From assembly GCA_947460235.1 (NCBI GenBank), contig CANHGK010000008.1, positions 13,453 through 77,452 of the forward strand: DNA of 64,000 nt, written 5' to 3'. This document shows positions 9,337-17,910 of this stretch, piece after piece. The stretch is from Paenibacillaceae bacterium (lineage in GTDB: Bacteria > Bacillota > Bacilli > Paenibacillales > CANHGK01). The notes beneath the pieces were generated by a model that was not told the DNA's origin, did not search any database, and worked only from the letters and a program-made list of their open reading frames with translations. The position numbers and the translations under genes were made by a program. Numbering within the stretch: position 1 is the stretch's first letter; each line of letters starts with the position of its first letter.

Positions 9337-10092
9337 ATGTCAGCAGCTATAGAATTACAAAAACTCGGTAAAACGTTCGAGAGTAACCAAGGCATCGTCC
9401 ATGCACTTGAAGAAATCGAACTCTCCGTTCAAGCGGGAGAATTCGTGAGCGTACTTGGACCGAGTGGATGCGGCAAATCAACGATGCTTCGAATTTTGGC
9501 GGGACTAGAACCATATACGAGTGGACAAATCATTTGTGATGATCGCGTAATTACTGGTCCTGGTGCGGACCGTGGCATGGTTTTTCAGGCGTATACGCTT
9601 TTCCCGTGGTTAACCGTACGTGAAAATATCGAATATGGCCTCAAATTAGCAGGTAAACATATTTTTGAGCGTCGTCGTATTTCGGGGGCATGGCTCGATC
9701 GGATTGGATTATCGAGCTTTGCGAAGCACTATCCGAATCAATTGTCTGGTGGGATGAAACAGCGCGTGGCAATCGCACGTGCGTTAGCGAATAAACCGAA
9801 AGTTCTGCTCATGGACGAACCCTTTGGAGCGCTCGATGCACATACGAAATTAATGATGCAGCGGTTGTTGCAAGCATTGTGGGTGGATGAACGGCCGACG
9901 GTTGTGTTTATTACGCATGATGTTGATGAGGCGATTTATTTGGGGCAACGGGTCGTGGTGATGGGTGCAAGACCAGGGCGGATTGTAAAAGAATATCAGG
10001 TACACTTGCCAGAAAAACGCACCGAAGAAGTTCGAGGAAATGCACATTTTATTGAATTGCGAAAAATGTTATTACAAGATCTGGAACATTAA
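9337..10092 (+). CDS. ABC transporter ATP-binding protein
   Basis: Walker A GPSGCGKST, signature LSGGMKQR, Walker B LLMDEPFGALD. Confidence 0.85.
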   Translation: MSAAIELQKLGKTFESNQGIVHALEEIELSVQAGEFVSVLGPSGCGKSTMLRILAGLEPYTSGQIICDDRVITGPGADRGMVFQAYTLFPWLTVRENIEYGLKLAGKHIFERRRISGAWLDRIGLSSFAKHYPNQLSGGMKQRVAIARALANKPKVLLMDEPFGALDAHTKLMMQRLLQALWVDERPTVVFITHDVDEAIYLGQRVVVMGARPGRIVKEYQVHLPEKRTEEVRGNAHFIELRKMLLQDLEH

Positions 10093-10115
10093 ACAATTTA
10101 GAGAGAACATGGAGT

Positions 10116-11273
10116 GTGACGGATATGGCATTTTGGGATCAGCACGGATTAAACGCGCGGCGATTACAAAATAATGTGGAAGAATCAAAGGGAGATTTGC
10201 ATGGCATTCAGGCAGCGCATGCCGAGGCATTATTGCCAAGTACACGTGCAGACGCAGAAATTAAACGGGGTTTAGAGCTAGGACTTGAAGGTGCGGCAAG
10301 CATTGGTGATCGGACGATTTCTTGTTTTTCACGGGGCGAGTTGCCGCATTATGCGGGGATTAACACATTTTTGAAAATGCCGTATTTGGAAGATGTGCGA
10401 AGAGTCGGCGAGTATGATGCAGCAATTCTCGGTGTACCATTTGATATTGGTACGACCTATCGCTCAGGAACGCGTTTTGGTCCGCAGGCAATTCGCCGAA
10501 TTTCCGCTTTGTATCAAACGTACAATTATGAACTCGGTGTGGACTTGCGCGAGCAATTGAAACTATGCGATCTTGGAGATGTATTCACGATAGCGAATAT
10601 CGAGAAAAGTTTTGATCAAATTACAAAAGCCGTATCTCATGTAATGAGTCAAGGCACGATGCCGATTATTCTCGGTGGTGATCATTCAATCGGATATCCT
10701 TGTGTGCGCGGGGTCGCAGAAAACATTGACGGCGACATCGGAATTATTCATTTGGATCGTCATATCGACATTCAGGAAAAAGACATGGATGAGCGCATGC
10801 ATACGACGCCTTGGTTTCATGCAACCAATATCAAAAACGCAAAGCCGAAAAATCTCGTACAAATCGGGATCGGCGGCTGGCAAGTGCCGCGTGCCGGAGT
10901 TCAGGTAGGTCGTGAGCGCGGTACGACGATCATGACGATTAATGATGTCGAGACGCTTGGGATTGATAAAGTTGCTGAGATGGCGCTTGAAGTGGCGTGG
11001 AAAGGCTGTAAAGCGGTTTACTTGAGCTTTGATATTGATTCAATTGATTGCGGATTTGTGCCAGGGACGGGATGGCCTGAACCGGGAGGCTTTTTACCGC
11101 GCGAAGCACTTAAGTTAATGCAATTGGTGGCAAAAGAAGGACTGGCAGCGATGGAAGTTGTTGAAGTTGCGCCGGCCTATGATATTAGTGATACGACGGC
11201 GTTGCTCGCGGCACGTGCGGTACTTGATGTACTGGCAACGATGACGGCGCACGGAAAAATTGGAGGAAAGTAA
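10116..11273 (+). CDS. arginase/agmatinase-family ureohydrolase (candidate guanidine hydrolase)
   Basis: Ureohydrolase metal-site motifs GGDHSIGYP, HLDRHIDI and SFDIDSIDCGFVPGTG. The start is uncertain (GTG 10116 or ATG 10125). The stop overlaps the cbiM start. Confidence 0.7.
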   Translation: MTDMAFWDQHGLNARRLQNNVEESKGDLHGIQAAHAEALLPSTRADAEIKRGLELGLEGAASIGDRTISCFSRGELPHYAGINTFLKMPYLEDVRRVGEYDAAILGVPFDIGTTYRSGTRFGPQAIRRISALYQTYNYELGVDLREQLKLCDLGDVFTIANIEKSFDQITKAVSHVMSQGTMPIILGGDHSIGYPCVRGVAENIDGDIGIIHLDRHIDIQEKDMDERMHTTPWFHATNIKNAKPKNLVQIGIGGWQVPRAGVQVGRERGTTIMTINDVETLGIDKVAEMALEVAWKGCKAVYLSFDIDSIDCGFVPGTGWPEPGGFLPREALKLMQLVAKEGLAAMEVVEVAPAYDISDTTALLAARAVLDVLATMTAHGKIGGK

Positions 11274-11933
11274 ATGCACATCCCTGACGGATTTTTGGAT
11301 GCCAAAACATGGATCAGTACAACGCTACTTGGCGGGGCGGTGGTTATGTTGGCTTCGCGTAATGCCCAAGTAGGTTTGAAACGTGAACAAGTTCCCAAAA
11401 TGGGTCTGTTAGGGGCATTTATTTTTGCGACGCAAATGGTTAATTTTCCGATTGCTGGAGCAACTTCAGGACATTTTCTCGGCGGTGCAATGGCGGCAAT
11501 TTTGTTTGGACCTTGGGTCAGTGTGTTGTTGATGAGTGCAGTGCTGATTATTCAAGCGTTTATTTTTCAAGATGGTGGTGTAACCGTGCTGGGAGCAAAC
11601 ATCTTGTGTACAGGAGTTCTCGGTAGTTTTGCAGGGTATGGGATGTATCGTTTCCTTGGAGTACGGGGGTTTCAATGGCTTAGTGAATCAGTCAAAATTT
11701 TCACGGCTGCGTGGTGTTCAATTGTAGCTGCGGCGAGTGGTGTTTCGTTGTTACTTGCTTTATCAGGTACAATGCCACTTGCCATAGGATTACCGGCCAT
11801 GACAGGTTGGCATAGTTTGATTGGGATTGGTGAAGGCTTGATTAGTGTTTGGGTAATCGCTTATTGGCGCAAGGCGCAGGCCGTCGCTTCACCGATATTG
11901 GTTGATACGAATCAAAGCGGTGAACACCGATGA
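11274..11933 (+). CDS. cbiM: CbiM/NikM substrate-specific component of Ni/Co transporter
   Basis: Begins MHIPDGFLD, the processed N-terminus typical of CbiM/NikM. About 6 TM. The ATG directly abuts the upstream stop. Confidence 0.8.
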   Translation: MHIPDGFLDAKTWISTTLLGGAVVMLASRNAQVGLKREQVPKMGLLGAFIFATQMVNFPIAGATSGHFLGGAMAAILFGPWVSVLLMSAVLIIQAFIFQDGGVTVLGANILCTGVLGSFAGYGMYRFLGVRGFQWLSESVKIFTAAWCSIVAAASGVSLLLALSGTMPLAIGLPAMTGWHSLIGIGEGLISVWVIAYWRKAQAVASPILVDTNQSGEHR

Positions 11934-12199
11934 AGTTGCCGAATATGAAGTTATGGATCGGTGTTGTCGTAGTAATGGTTGTTTGTGGTGTCTTATCGTA
12001 TTTTTCTTCAACATCACCGGATGGACTCGAGCGCGTGGCAGTTGACCTAGGATTTTCTAATCAAGAGAAAACGTATTGGTCGAATGCGCCAGTAGCGAAT
12101 GGTCAATATGGAATCATGGGATGGATAGGCGTCGCACTCGTATTCGGACTCGTCTGGTTATGGGGACGCATCGTTACGAAAGGCAAAGATCGGGGATAG
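11930..12199 (+). CDS. PDGLE-domain small membrane protein (CbiN-like partner of CbiM)
   Basis: 89 aa with 2 TM and an SPDGLERVA motif. ATGA start/stop overlap with cbiM. Confidence 0.55.
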   Translation: MKLPNMKLWIGVVVVMVVCGVLSYFSSTSPDGLERVAVDLGFSNQEKTYWSNAPVANGQYGIMGWIGVALVFGLVWLWGRIVTKGKDRG

Positions 12200-12203
12200 T
12201 TAC

Positions 12204-13757
12204 ATGAAAAAAAGTGCACAATCGATTAAATATCGTACAGCGGGATTGCTCGTTGTACTCATGAGCATGGTGCTATGGTCGGACGAGCGTGTGTTAATTG
12301 GATATAGTGTAGTTCTTTGTTTATTCATGTGGTGGAGCGGGTTATCGCTTCGAGAGGCGGGGCAACGATTGTTGTTACTCATTCCTTTCGGTGCGGGAAC
12401 ACTCGCTTTTTTGCCGTTCCATGGACATGAGGTTGTGGTCGGTGATGTGATGGGGTGGCACGTATATGAAGATGGACTCACGAAGGCGATTGGTTTGCTA
12501 TTAAAAATGGTCAATGCGAGTTTGATCCTTAGTATGATGTTGCATAAGATTGATTCGGGGCAATTTTTTCATAGTTTGCGTGCGCTCGGATTGCCGAAAT
12601 TATTGACTGAGCTGTTGCAACTGATGATGCGCTATGTTCATGTGCTAGGGGAAGAAGCTCGGTCCATGGTACTTGCTCAAAAGGCGCGAGGATTTCGGGC
12701 ACAAGGTTGGTGGTGGTCGATCAACAATTATCGACGTTTTGGGCAGTTGATGGGTGTTTTATTTGTGCGAAGTTTACGGCGCAGTGAGCGAGTTGATTTG
12801 GCGATGCGTTCACGCGGGGAACGTGAATGGTTTGGGGGTACTGACATGGAAACGTCTATGGAAAAATCGTTAAGTGGTCGCTCGGAATGGGCCGTAGAAA
12901 TGAAGGGTGTCGGTTACTCCTATGCAGGAAGTAACTCACTAGCACTGCGCGGAATCGATTTGTCGATTCGAAGTGGGAGTAAAACGGTATTGATGGGGAT
13001 GAATGGTGCGGGGAAATCGACGCTCATTTCGTTATTGAACGGACTGGCGCAGGTCTCAAAGGGAATGTATCGTTTGTTCGGACAAGAAATTACGGAGAAA
13101 AATGCGATGCATGCGAGGCGTGGTGTCGGTGTCGTTTATCAGGACCCTGATGATCAATTGTTTTCGCCAACGGTCTCAGAAGACATCGCATATGGTCCAT
13201 CGAATATGGGCCTATCGGAATCGGAAATTGAAGATCGTGTTACATATGCGATTGGTGCAGTTGGGTTGAGCGCTTTGGCAGATAAGTCTCCGTTTGAACT
13301 TAGTTACGGACAGAAGCGGCGAGTTGCAATTGCCGGTGTGATGGCGATGCGACCACCAATGATGGTGCTCGATGAACCAATGGCCTATCTTGATCCGCGT
13401 GGTCGGGATGAATTGCAGGCATTGCTTGAACAGTTGCATTTGATGGGAACAACCCTCATCGTAGCGACGCACGATGTTGATTTTGCTGCAGAATGGGCAG
13501 ATCATGTGATCATTTTGCGCGACGGGAAAGTACTTGCTGAAGGGGATGTTTCGCTTTTATTCGATGAAAAAATTGTGTATGAAGCAGGGCTGCATTTGCC
13601 GAGGTTGGTCAGACCATTTCGATTGTTGCAAGGCGCAGGCGATGTGAAACCGCGCACGGTTCGACAAGCGGCGCAAGAAATGTGGCGTTTGATTTTGAAA
13701 GGGACGAATGCAGAAACGAAGCATGACGAGCAAAATCAACTCAAATCTTTTCGTTGA
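12204..13757 (+). CDS. fused CbiQ (T component) - CbiO (ABC ATPase) of Ni/Co transporter
   Basis: N-terminal ~220-aa polytopic membrane domain. C-terminal ABC domain with Walker A GMNGAGKST, signature LSYGQKRR and Walker B MVLDEPMAYLD. Confidence 0.75.
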   Translation: MKKSAQSIKYRTAGLLVVLMSMVLWSDERVLIGYSVVLCLFMWWSGLSLREAGQRLLLLIPFGAGTLAFLPFHGHEVVVGDVMGWHVYEDGLTKAIGLLLKMVNASLILSMMLHKIDSGQFFHSLRALGLPKLLTELLQLMMRYVHVLGEEARSMVLAQKARGFRAQGWWWSINNYRRFGQLMGVLFVRSLRRSERVDLAMRSRGEREWFGGTDMETSMEKSLSGRSEWAVEMKGVGYSYAGSNSLALRGIDLSIRSGSKTVLMGMNGAGKSTLISLLNGLAQVSKGMYRLFGQEITEKNAMHARRGVGVVYQDPDDQLFSPTVSEDIAYGPSNMGLSESEIEDRVTYAIGAVGLSALADKSPFELSYGQKRRVAIAGVMAMRPPMMVLDEPMAYLDPRGRDELQALLEQLHLMGTTLIVATHDVDFAAEWADHVIILRDGKVLAEGDVSLLFDEKIVYEAGLHLPRLVRPFRLLQGAGDVKPRTVRQAAQEMWRLILKGTNAETKHDEQNQLKSFR

Positions 13758-13783
13758 GTGAATAGATAATCGAGCGTATAATT
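13752..13783 (+). promoter_or_regulatory. putative sigma-A promoter for PilZ gene
   Basis: TTGAGT, 17-nt spacer, TATAAT. Confidence 0.35.
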
Positions 13784-13819
13784 TGATTATCTAATTTCGC
13801 GACAAATGAGGTGTTTAGC

Positions 13820-14233
13820 TTGGACGCAGTTTCAAATCAACGAGTGCATCCGCGGATCTCGATTAGTGGAAAGATCAAATTTTCGTTTATTGCATTTAAA
13901 ATTGGTGAAAACGGCAAATATGAAGAAGATATTTCAATTATTGAAACACAAATTCGCGATATTTCCCTTGGCGGCATCAGCTTTGAAGATGTGCGAAGTT
14001 ATGAGCCTGGCATGAAAGGGTATATTTTTATTGTAATCGGACGCAGAAGATATGCACTCGTTGGTGAAGTTGTACGGTGTATTTCAGGCCAAAATGCGTA
14101 TCAAGTCGGAATCGCATTAGATAAAAATTTGAATGATGATGGAATGTTTGAACCGAGTGAAGAAATTGTGGAATTAATTCAGCGCTTAGAAGTATTACTT
14201 GAACATGATCCGAATTATACGAACATCACGTAA
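13820..14233 (+). CDS. PilZ-domain protein (c-di-GMP receptor family), paralog A
   Basis: RxxxR motif (QRVHPR) and DxSxGG motif (RDISLGG). TTG 13820 follows a GAGGTG RBS. Confidence 0.65.
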   Translation: MDAVSNQRVHPRISISGKIKFSFIAFKIGENGKYEEDISIIETQIRDISLGGISFEDVRSYEPGMKGYIFIVIGRRRYALVGEVVRCISGQNAYQVGIALDKNLNDDGMFEPSEEIVELIQRLEVLLEHDPNYTNIT

Positions 14234-14247
14234 TTGGAGGACGGACT

Positions 14248-14598
14248 ATGTTTCAGCGCATTCCATTGGATGAGCCGATTAAGACGCATTGGGTGCTGCG
14301 TTTTTTTATTTTGTTTTTACCTTGTTTGTTCGTTCGGTTTGCCGTTGGTCCAATTCAAGCACATTTAGGAATTTTGCCGGGCAGTTTTTACTGGTTCGGC
14401 ATTTTATATTTTCCGATGACAAATTGGACGATATATTGGGTGATGTTTACGATTCGTGTAGGAATCAATCGGATCGCCGGAAATGAGCGGATTACCGTTC
14501 CTAAATTGCGGAAATTTTATCGTTGGTACTTAAACGTGCCGGGTGGATTGGTATTATCGGAGTTGGTATTTCAGGGCTATTTGTATAATGCGGGATAA
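14248..14598 (+). CDS. hypothetical membrane protein
   Basis: 116 aa, 3 predicted TM. GGAGG RBS upstream; no recognisable motif. Confidence 0.4.
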   Translation: MFQRIPLDEPIKTHWVLRFFILFLPCLFVRFAVGPIQAHLGILPGSFYWFGILYFPMTNWTIYWVMFTIRVGINRIAGNERITVPKLRKFYRWYLNVPGGLVLSELVFQGYLYNAG

Positions 14599-14611
14599 GA
14601 ATGGACGTGGA

Positions 14612-14640
14612 TCACTCATTCGAGTGGTCTTTTTTTTGCA
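14612..14640 (+). terminator. weak rho-independent terminator
   Basis: GATCACTC-ATTC-GAGTGGTC hairpin followed by T8. Confidence 0.35.
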
Positions 14641-14735
14641 GAAAAATCCAGTGTCACAATAGGAAAGGCAGGGGAATCTTTGTGTGGAAAAGAATTGTAT
14701 ACAGATAAATGCTACTAGGGAAAAGGAGGGGTTTT

Positions 14736-17438
14736 GTGTTTTGGAAAAGACGAAGACTTCACATTGGAATTATGATAACGATGATCTTTTGGATCGTTTT
14801 ATTGATGGCTAGTGAATCTGTATATGCTGCACAATCTGAGAAAATTGTGAATTTAGAGCAAGGATGGGCATATTCAAAGGCAGAGGTGAAACCGGACCAG
14901 ATGGATTCGGTGAAGTGGGAAGCACTAAATCAATTATCGGATAGCAAACTTTCTGAACAAAATTCGGAAACGCCGGTCGTTTCATTTCGGATTACATTGC
15001 CAAATGTGGACTGCGTGGAATGTGTGTTATCATTCGAGCGATATATTCGTTCATATGTGTTATATGTAGATGGGCACGAAGTTGCATCTTCAGGTGGTGG
15101 GGCTACCAGTCAATTGTTGTCACTGGGAAAACCAGATGCAATTATTGATTTACCGGGGACGCCAAAAGGGAAACAATTATTACTTGTGGAGAATATTTCA
15201 CACCGATCAACGCCGCTTTATTCACCAATTTATTTTGGTGATAAAGAAACAATAATACGAAAACAGTTGTCCGGGGAACGTACGCAAATCATTATATCAA
15301 TGCTCGTATTGATGACGGGATTGATTTCGACGATGTTGTATTTATCGCTCAAGAAAGATGCAGCTTTTTTGAATCTCGGATTATGTGCAACGAATATTGG
15401 GTTGTATATGCTAAGTTGTTCGGGCATGGTTCATTATTTCTCTAATGATATGCCATTTTGGGATTTTCTCGAATATTTGACTCTTTATACGATGCCGTTG
15501 ACGACGTGGTATTATTTCCGCAACTTTGTCACATCTAAACCAAGTTTACATTGGTCACTCGTGGCCGGAAATGGTGGATTTATTTTATTTTCGTTACTTC
15601 AACAAGTTCGTGGCATTGCATTGTTTGAGTACGTTGGGATTCAGCGCGTCGTATTTCTAGTATCGCTGGTGTTTATTATTGCAGAATTGGTCCGTTCTGC
15701 ACGAGCCGGGAATCGTGAGGCAAAAATGGTTGTAGCTGCCTTTATTATTACGTGCTTAATTACCATGTGTAAAATTATTGCACTCTTTTTTAATGTGGAT
15801 TTAACGAATTTAACTTCCTATGCCGGTGGATTTTTCATGTTGTCACAATTGTTCGTGATGACTGACCGTTTCCGCAGAATGAATGAAGAACTGAGCATTC
15901 ATTCCAAGAATCTGGAACGATTCAATGAAGTTATGGAAGGGGAAGTGCATAGTCGTACGAAGCAAGTGCGTACGTTGATGGACAATGTAGCGCAAGGATT
16001 TTTAACGGTTGGGCCGAATTTGATTGTGGAAAAAGAGTTTTCCAAGGCGTGTATTAAATTACTTGGTGAGGAACCTGCGGGCCGAAATATTGTTGATTTA
16101 TTAACACGGGGCGATGCATCGAAAACGGAATGGCTGGAGAGGATGTTCCGTGATGTATTCGAAACGACTGAGCAATTCAAAATTGATATGTATGTTCAAT
16201 TACTGCCGAGTGAAATTGTCAGAGATGGTAGAACGTTGGGGATTTCGATGGAAGTCGTTCGCAGTGTGAATGAAAAACCTGAACATCTGATTTTAATGTT
16301 TAACGATCTAACGAAACAACGCGCACTCGAAGAAAAATTGAAAAATGAAGAGAAGCTAATGCGTATGATTGTGACGGTTTTGTCGCGTTCACGAGATTAT
16401 GCGGACTTAGTAGATGATTACCATCAATTTGTCGACTACGACTTGCCGAGTCTATTGAAAAATGTTCATTCGGAAATGACGCCAGATGTTCGGGTGCTCA
16501 GACTCGTGCATACGTTCAAAGGAAATTTCGCACAAATGAACTCCATTCTCTTAGCGGCACATTTGCATGAGATTGAGCACACGATTAAACGCGGGGAGCA
16601 TGAGCGTTTGGAGGAGTGGGCATTTAGGGTTTCGCAATTCGAATGGAAACAAGCACTGCAAAAAGAACAGCAACGCATGTTTGAAATTTTACCGGCGCAT
16701 CATTGGAACGATCAAAAAAATGCGATCCCAGTGCCGCGTAATACATTACTACATTTGCGCGATTATATTTTAGATAACTTACCAAATGATTTGGCGTCAT
16801 CGTTGGTAAAAGAGGTTGAACGTTTATACCAAAAATCGTTTGCGAGTTTATTCGAAGCGGTTGCTGAAAACACTTCTCAACTTGCAGAACGAATAAATAA
16901 AATGATCGAACCAGTGACCATCGAAGGCGGGGAATGGTTTGTTGATTTGGAACCTTGGTATGGATGGTCAAAATCATTAATTCACATTTCGCGTAATCAA
17001 GTAGATCACGGGATCGAGGATCCGGATATACGCATCGATACCGGCAAAGAATTATATGGTAAAATAAGCATTTCGATTGCCCAAGATTTGAATCATGTCA
17101 CCATTCGTTTTGCAGATGATGGCGCTGGAATTAATGTCGATAAATTACGTAAAAAGTTAATTAGTAATCAAATGATTTCTGTCGCACAAGTAGCAACGTT
17201 GCCAGATCATGAGTTGTATCGTTATTTATTTATGGATTCAGTAAGTACGAGGGATTCTGTATCGGAGTTGTCAGGTCGTGGCGTAGGTCTGGCGAAAGTG
17301 CTTGAGGAGACTGAAAAACTTGGTGGAACAATCGAAGTGGAGTCTGTGGTTGGTATTGGAACGACATTTATTTTCTGCATTCCCGTCAGAGATGGGTTGC
17401 CAGTAGCACAACAATCACATCGTGAAATCGCATCGTAA
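14736..17438 (+). CDS. 7TMR-DISM sensor fused to HPt domain and CheA-type HATPase (class-II-like histidine kinase)
   Basis: Signal peptide KRRR...VYA-AQ, ~150-aa extracytoplasmic domain and 7 TM. HPt-like HTFKGNFAQMN. CheA-type N box HISRNQVDHGIE, G1 DDGAGIN, G2 GRGVGL. No HisKA H-box and no CheW-like P5 domain. GTG 14736 follows GGAGGGG. Confidence 0.7.
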   Translation: MFWKRRRLHIGIMITMIFWIVLLMASESVYAAQSEKIVNLEQGWAYSKAEVKPDQMDSVKWEALNQLSDSKLSEQNSETPVVSFRITLPNVDCVECVLSFERYIRSYVLYVDGHEVASSGGGATSQLLSLGKPDAIIDLPGTPKGKQLLLVENISHRSTPLYSPIYFGDKETIIRKQLSGERTQIIISMLVLMTGLISTMLYLSLKKDAAFLNLGLCATNIGLYMLSCSGMVHYFSNDMPFWDFLEYLTLYTMPLTTWYYFRNFVTSKPSLHWSLVAGNGGFILFSLLQQVRGIALFEYVGIQRVVFLVSLVFIIAELVRSARAGNREAKMVVAAFIITCLITMCKIIALFFNVDLTNLTSYAGGFFMLSQLFVMTDRFRRMNEELSIHSKNLERFNEVMEGEVHSRTKQVRTLMDNVAQGFLTVGPNLIVEKEFSKACIKLLGEEPAGRNIVDLLTRGDASKTEWLERMFRDVFETTEQFKIDMYVQLLPSEIVRDGRTLGISMEVVRSVNEKPEHLILMFNDLTKQRALEEKLKNEEKLMRMIVTVLSRSRDYADLVDDYHQFVDYDLPSLLKNVHSEMTPDVRVLRLVHTFKGNFAQMNSILLAAHLHEIEHTIKRGEHERLEEWAFRVSQFEWKQALQKEQQRMFEILPAHHWNDQKNAIPVPRNTLLHLRDYILDNLPNDLASSLVKEVERLYQKSFASLFEAVAENTSQLAERINKMIEPVTIEGGEWFVDLEPWYGWSKSLIHISRNQVDHGIEDPDIRIDTGKELYGKISISIAQDLNHVTIRFADDGAGINVDKLRKKLISNQMISVAQVATLPDHELYRYLFMDSVSTRDSVSELSGRGVGLAKVLEETEKLGGTIEVESVVGIGTTFIFCIPVRDGLPVAQQSHREIAS

Positions 17439-17445
17439 ACTAAAA

Positions 17446-17495
17446 AAAAGAGGCGGATCACGTTTTGAGAAACATGTGATCTGCCTCTTTCATTT
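17446..17495. terminator. bidirectional rho-independent terminator
   Basis: AGAGGCGGATCAC...GTGATCTGCCTCT stem flanked by A8 on the 5' side and T-rich sequence on the 3' side. Confidence 0.55.
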
Positions 17496-17510
17496 TGCAA
17501 TAAACTATGC

Positions 17511-17846
17511 CTAGTTTTGCTTTGCTTTAATAAAAAATGTTTGAATCCAAAGTACAAGGACCAAGAACGATGTTCCTAGTAATGAATAGTACAACAACAT
17601 GGTAAATGAATTCTCGCCACTATCTGCTGTGAATACCGTTCCCATGAGTGCAATTGGGAAGAAAATCACCAGGAGGATCGGTGACAAAATGAGAAACACA
17701 AGTTTACGAATTCGAACACTTGTCGTAGACACAATCCATTTCGTACGATTCAAGAAGAATAATAAACAATACAAAATAATTAATAACAATGGAACGCTAC
17801 AAACGAACAACCAAATCAACAAACCATCAGTAAAGGATACTTCCAT
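17511..17846 (-). CDS. hypothetical small membrane protein
   Basis: About 111 aa with 3 TM. ATG at 17846 follows an AAGGGAG RBS. Confidence 0.4.
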   Translation of the reverse strand: MEVSFTDGLLIWLFVCSVPLLLIILYCLLFFLNRTKWIVSTTSVRIRKLVFLILSPILLVIFFPIALMGTVFTADSGENSFTMLLYYSLLGTSFLVLVLWIQTFFIKAKQN

Positions 17847-17910
17847 TTGGCATAACTCCCTTATGTATAAAATGATATTCACGTCATGAATGTACCACTA
17901 AAATGCTACA

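Noticed and set aside
12200-12514. 104-aa minus-strand ORF overlapping the cbiN-like/cbiQO junction
   Set aside because: It is antisense to a tightly coupled operon and has no RBS. Shadow ORF.
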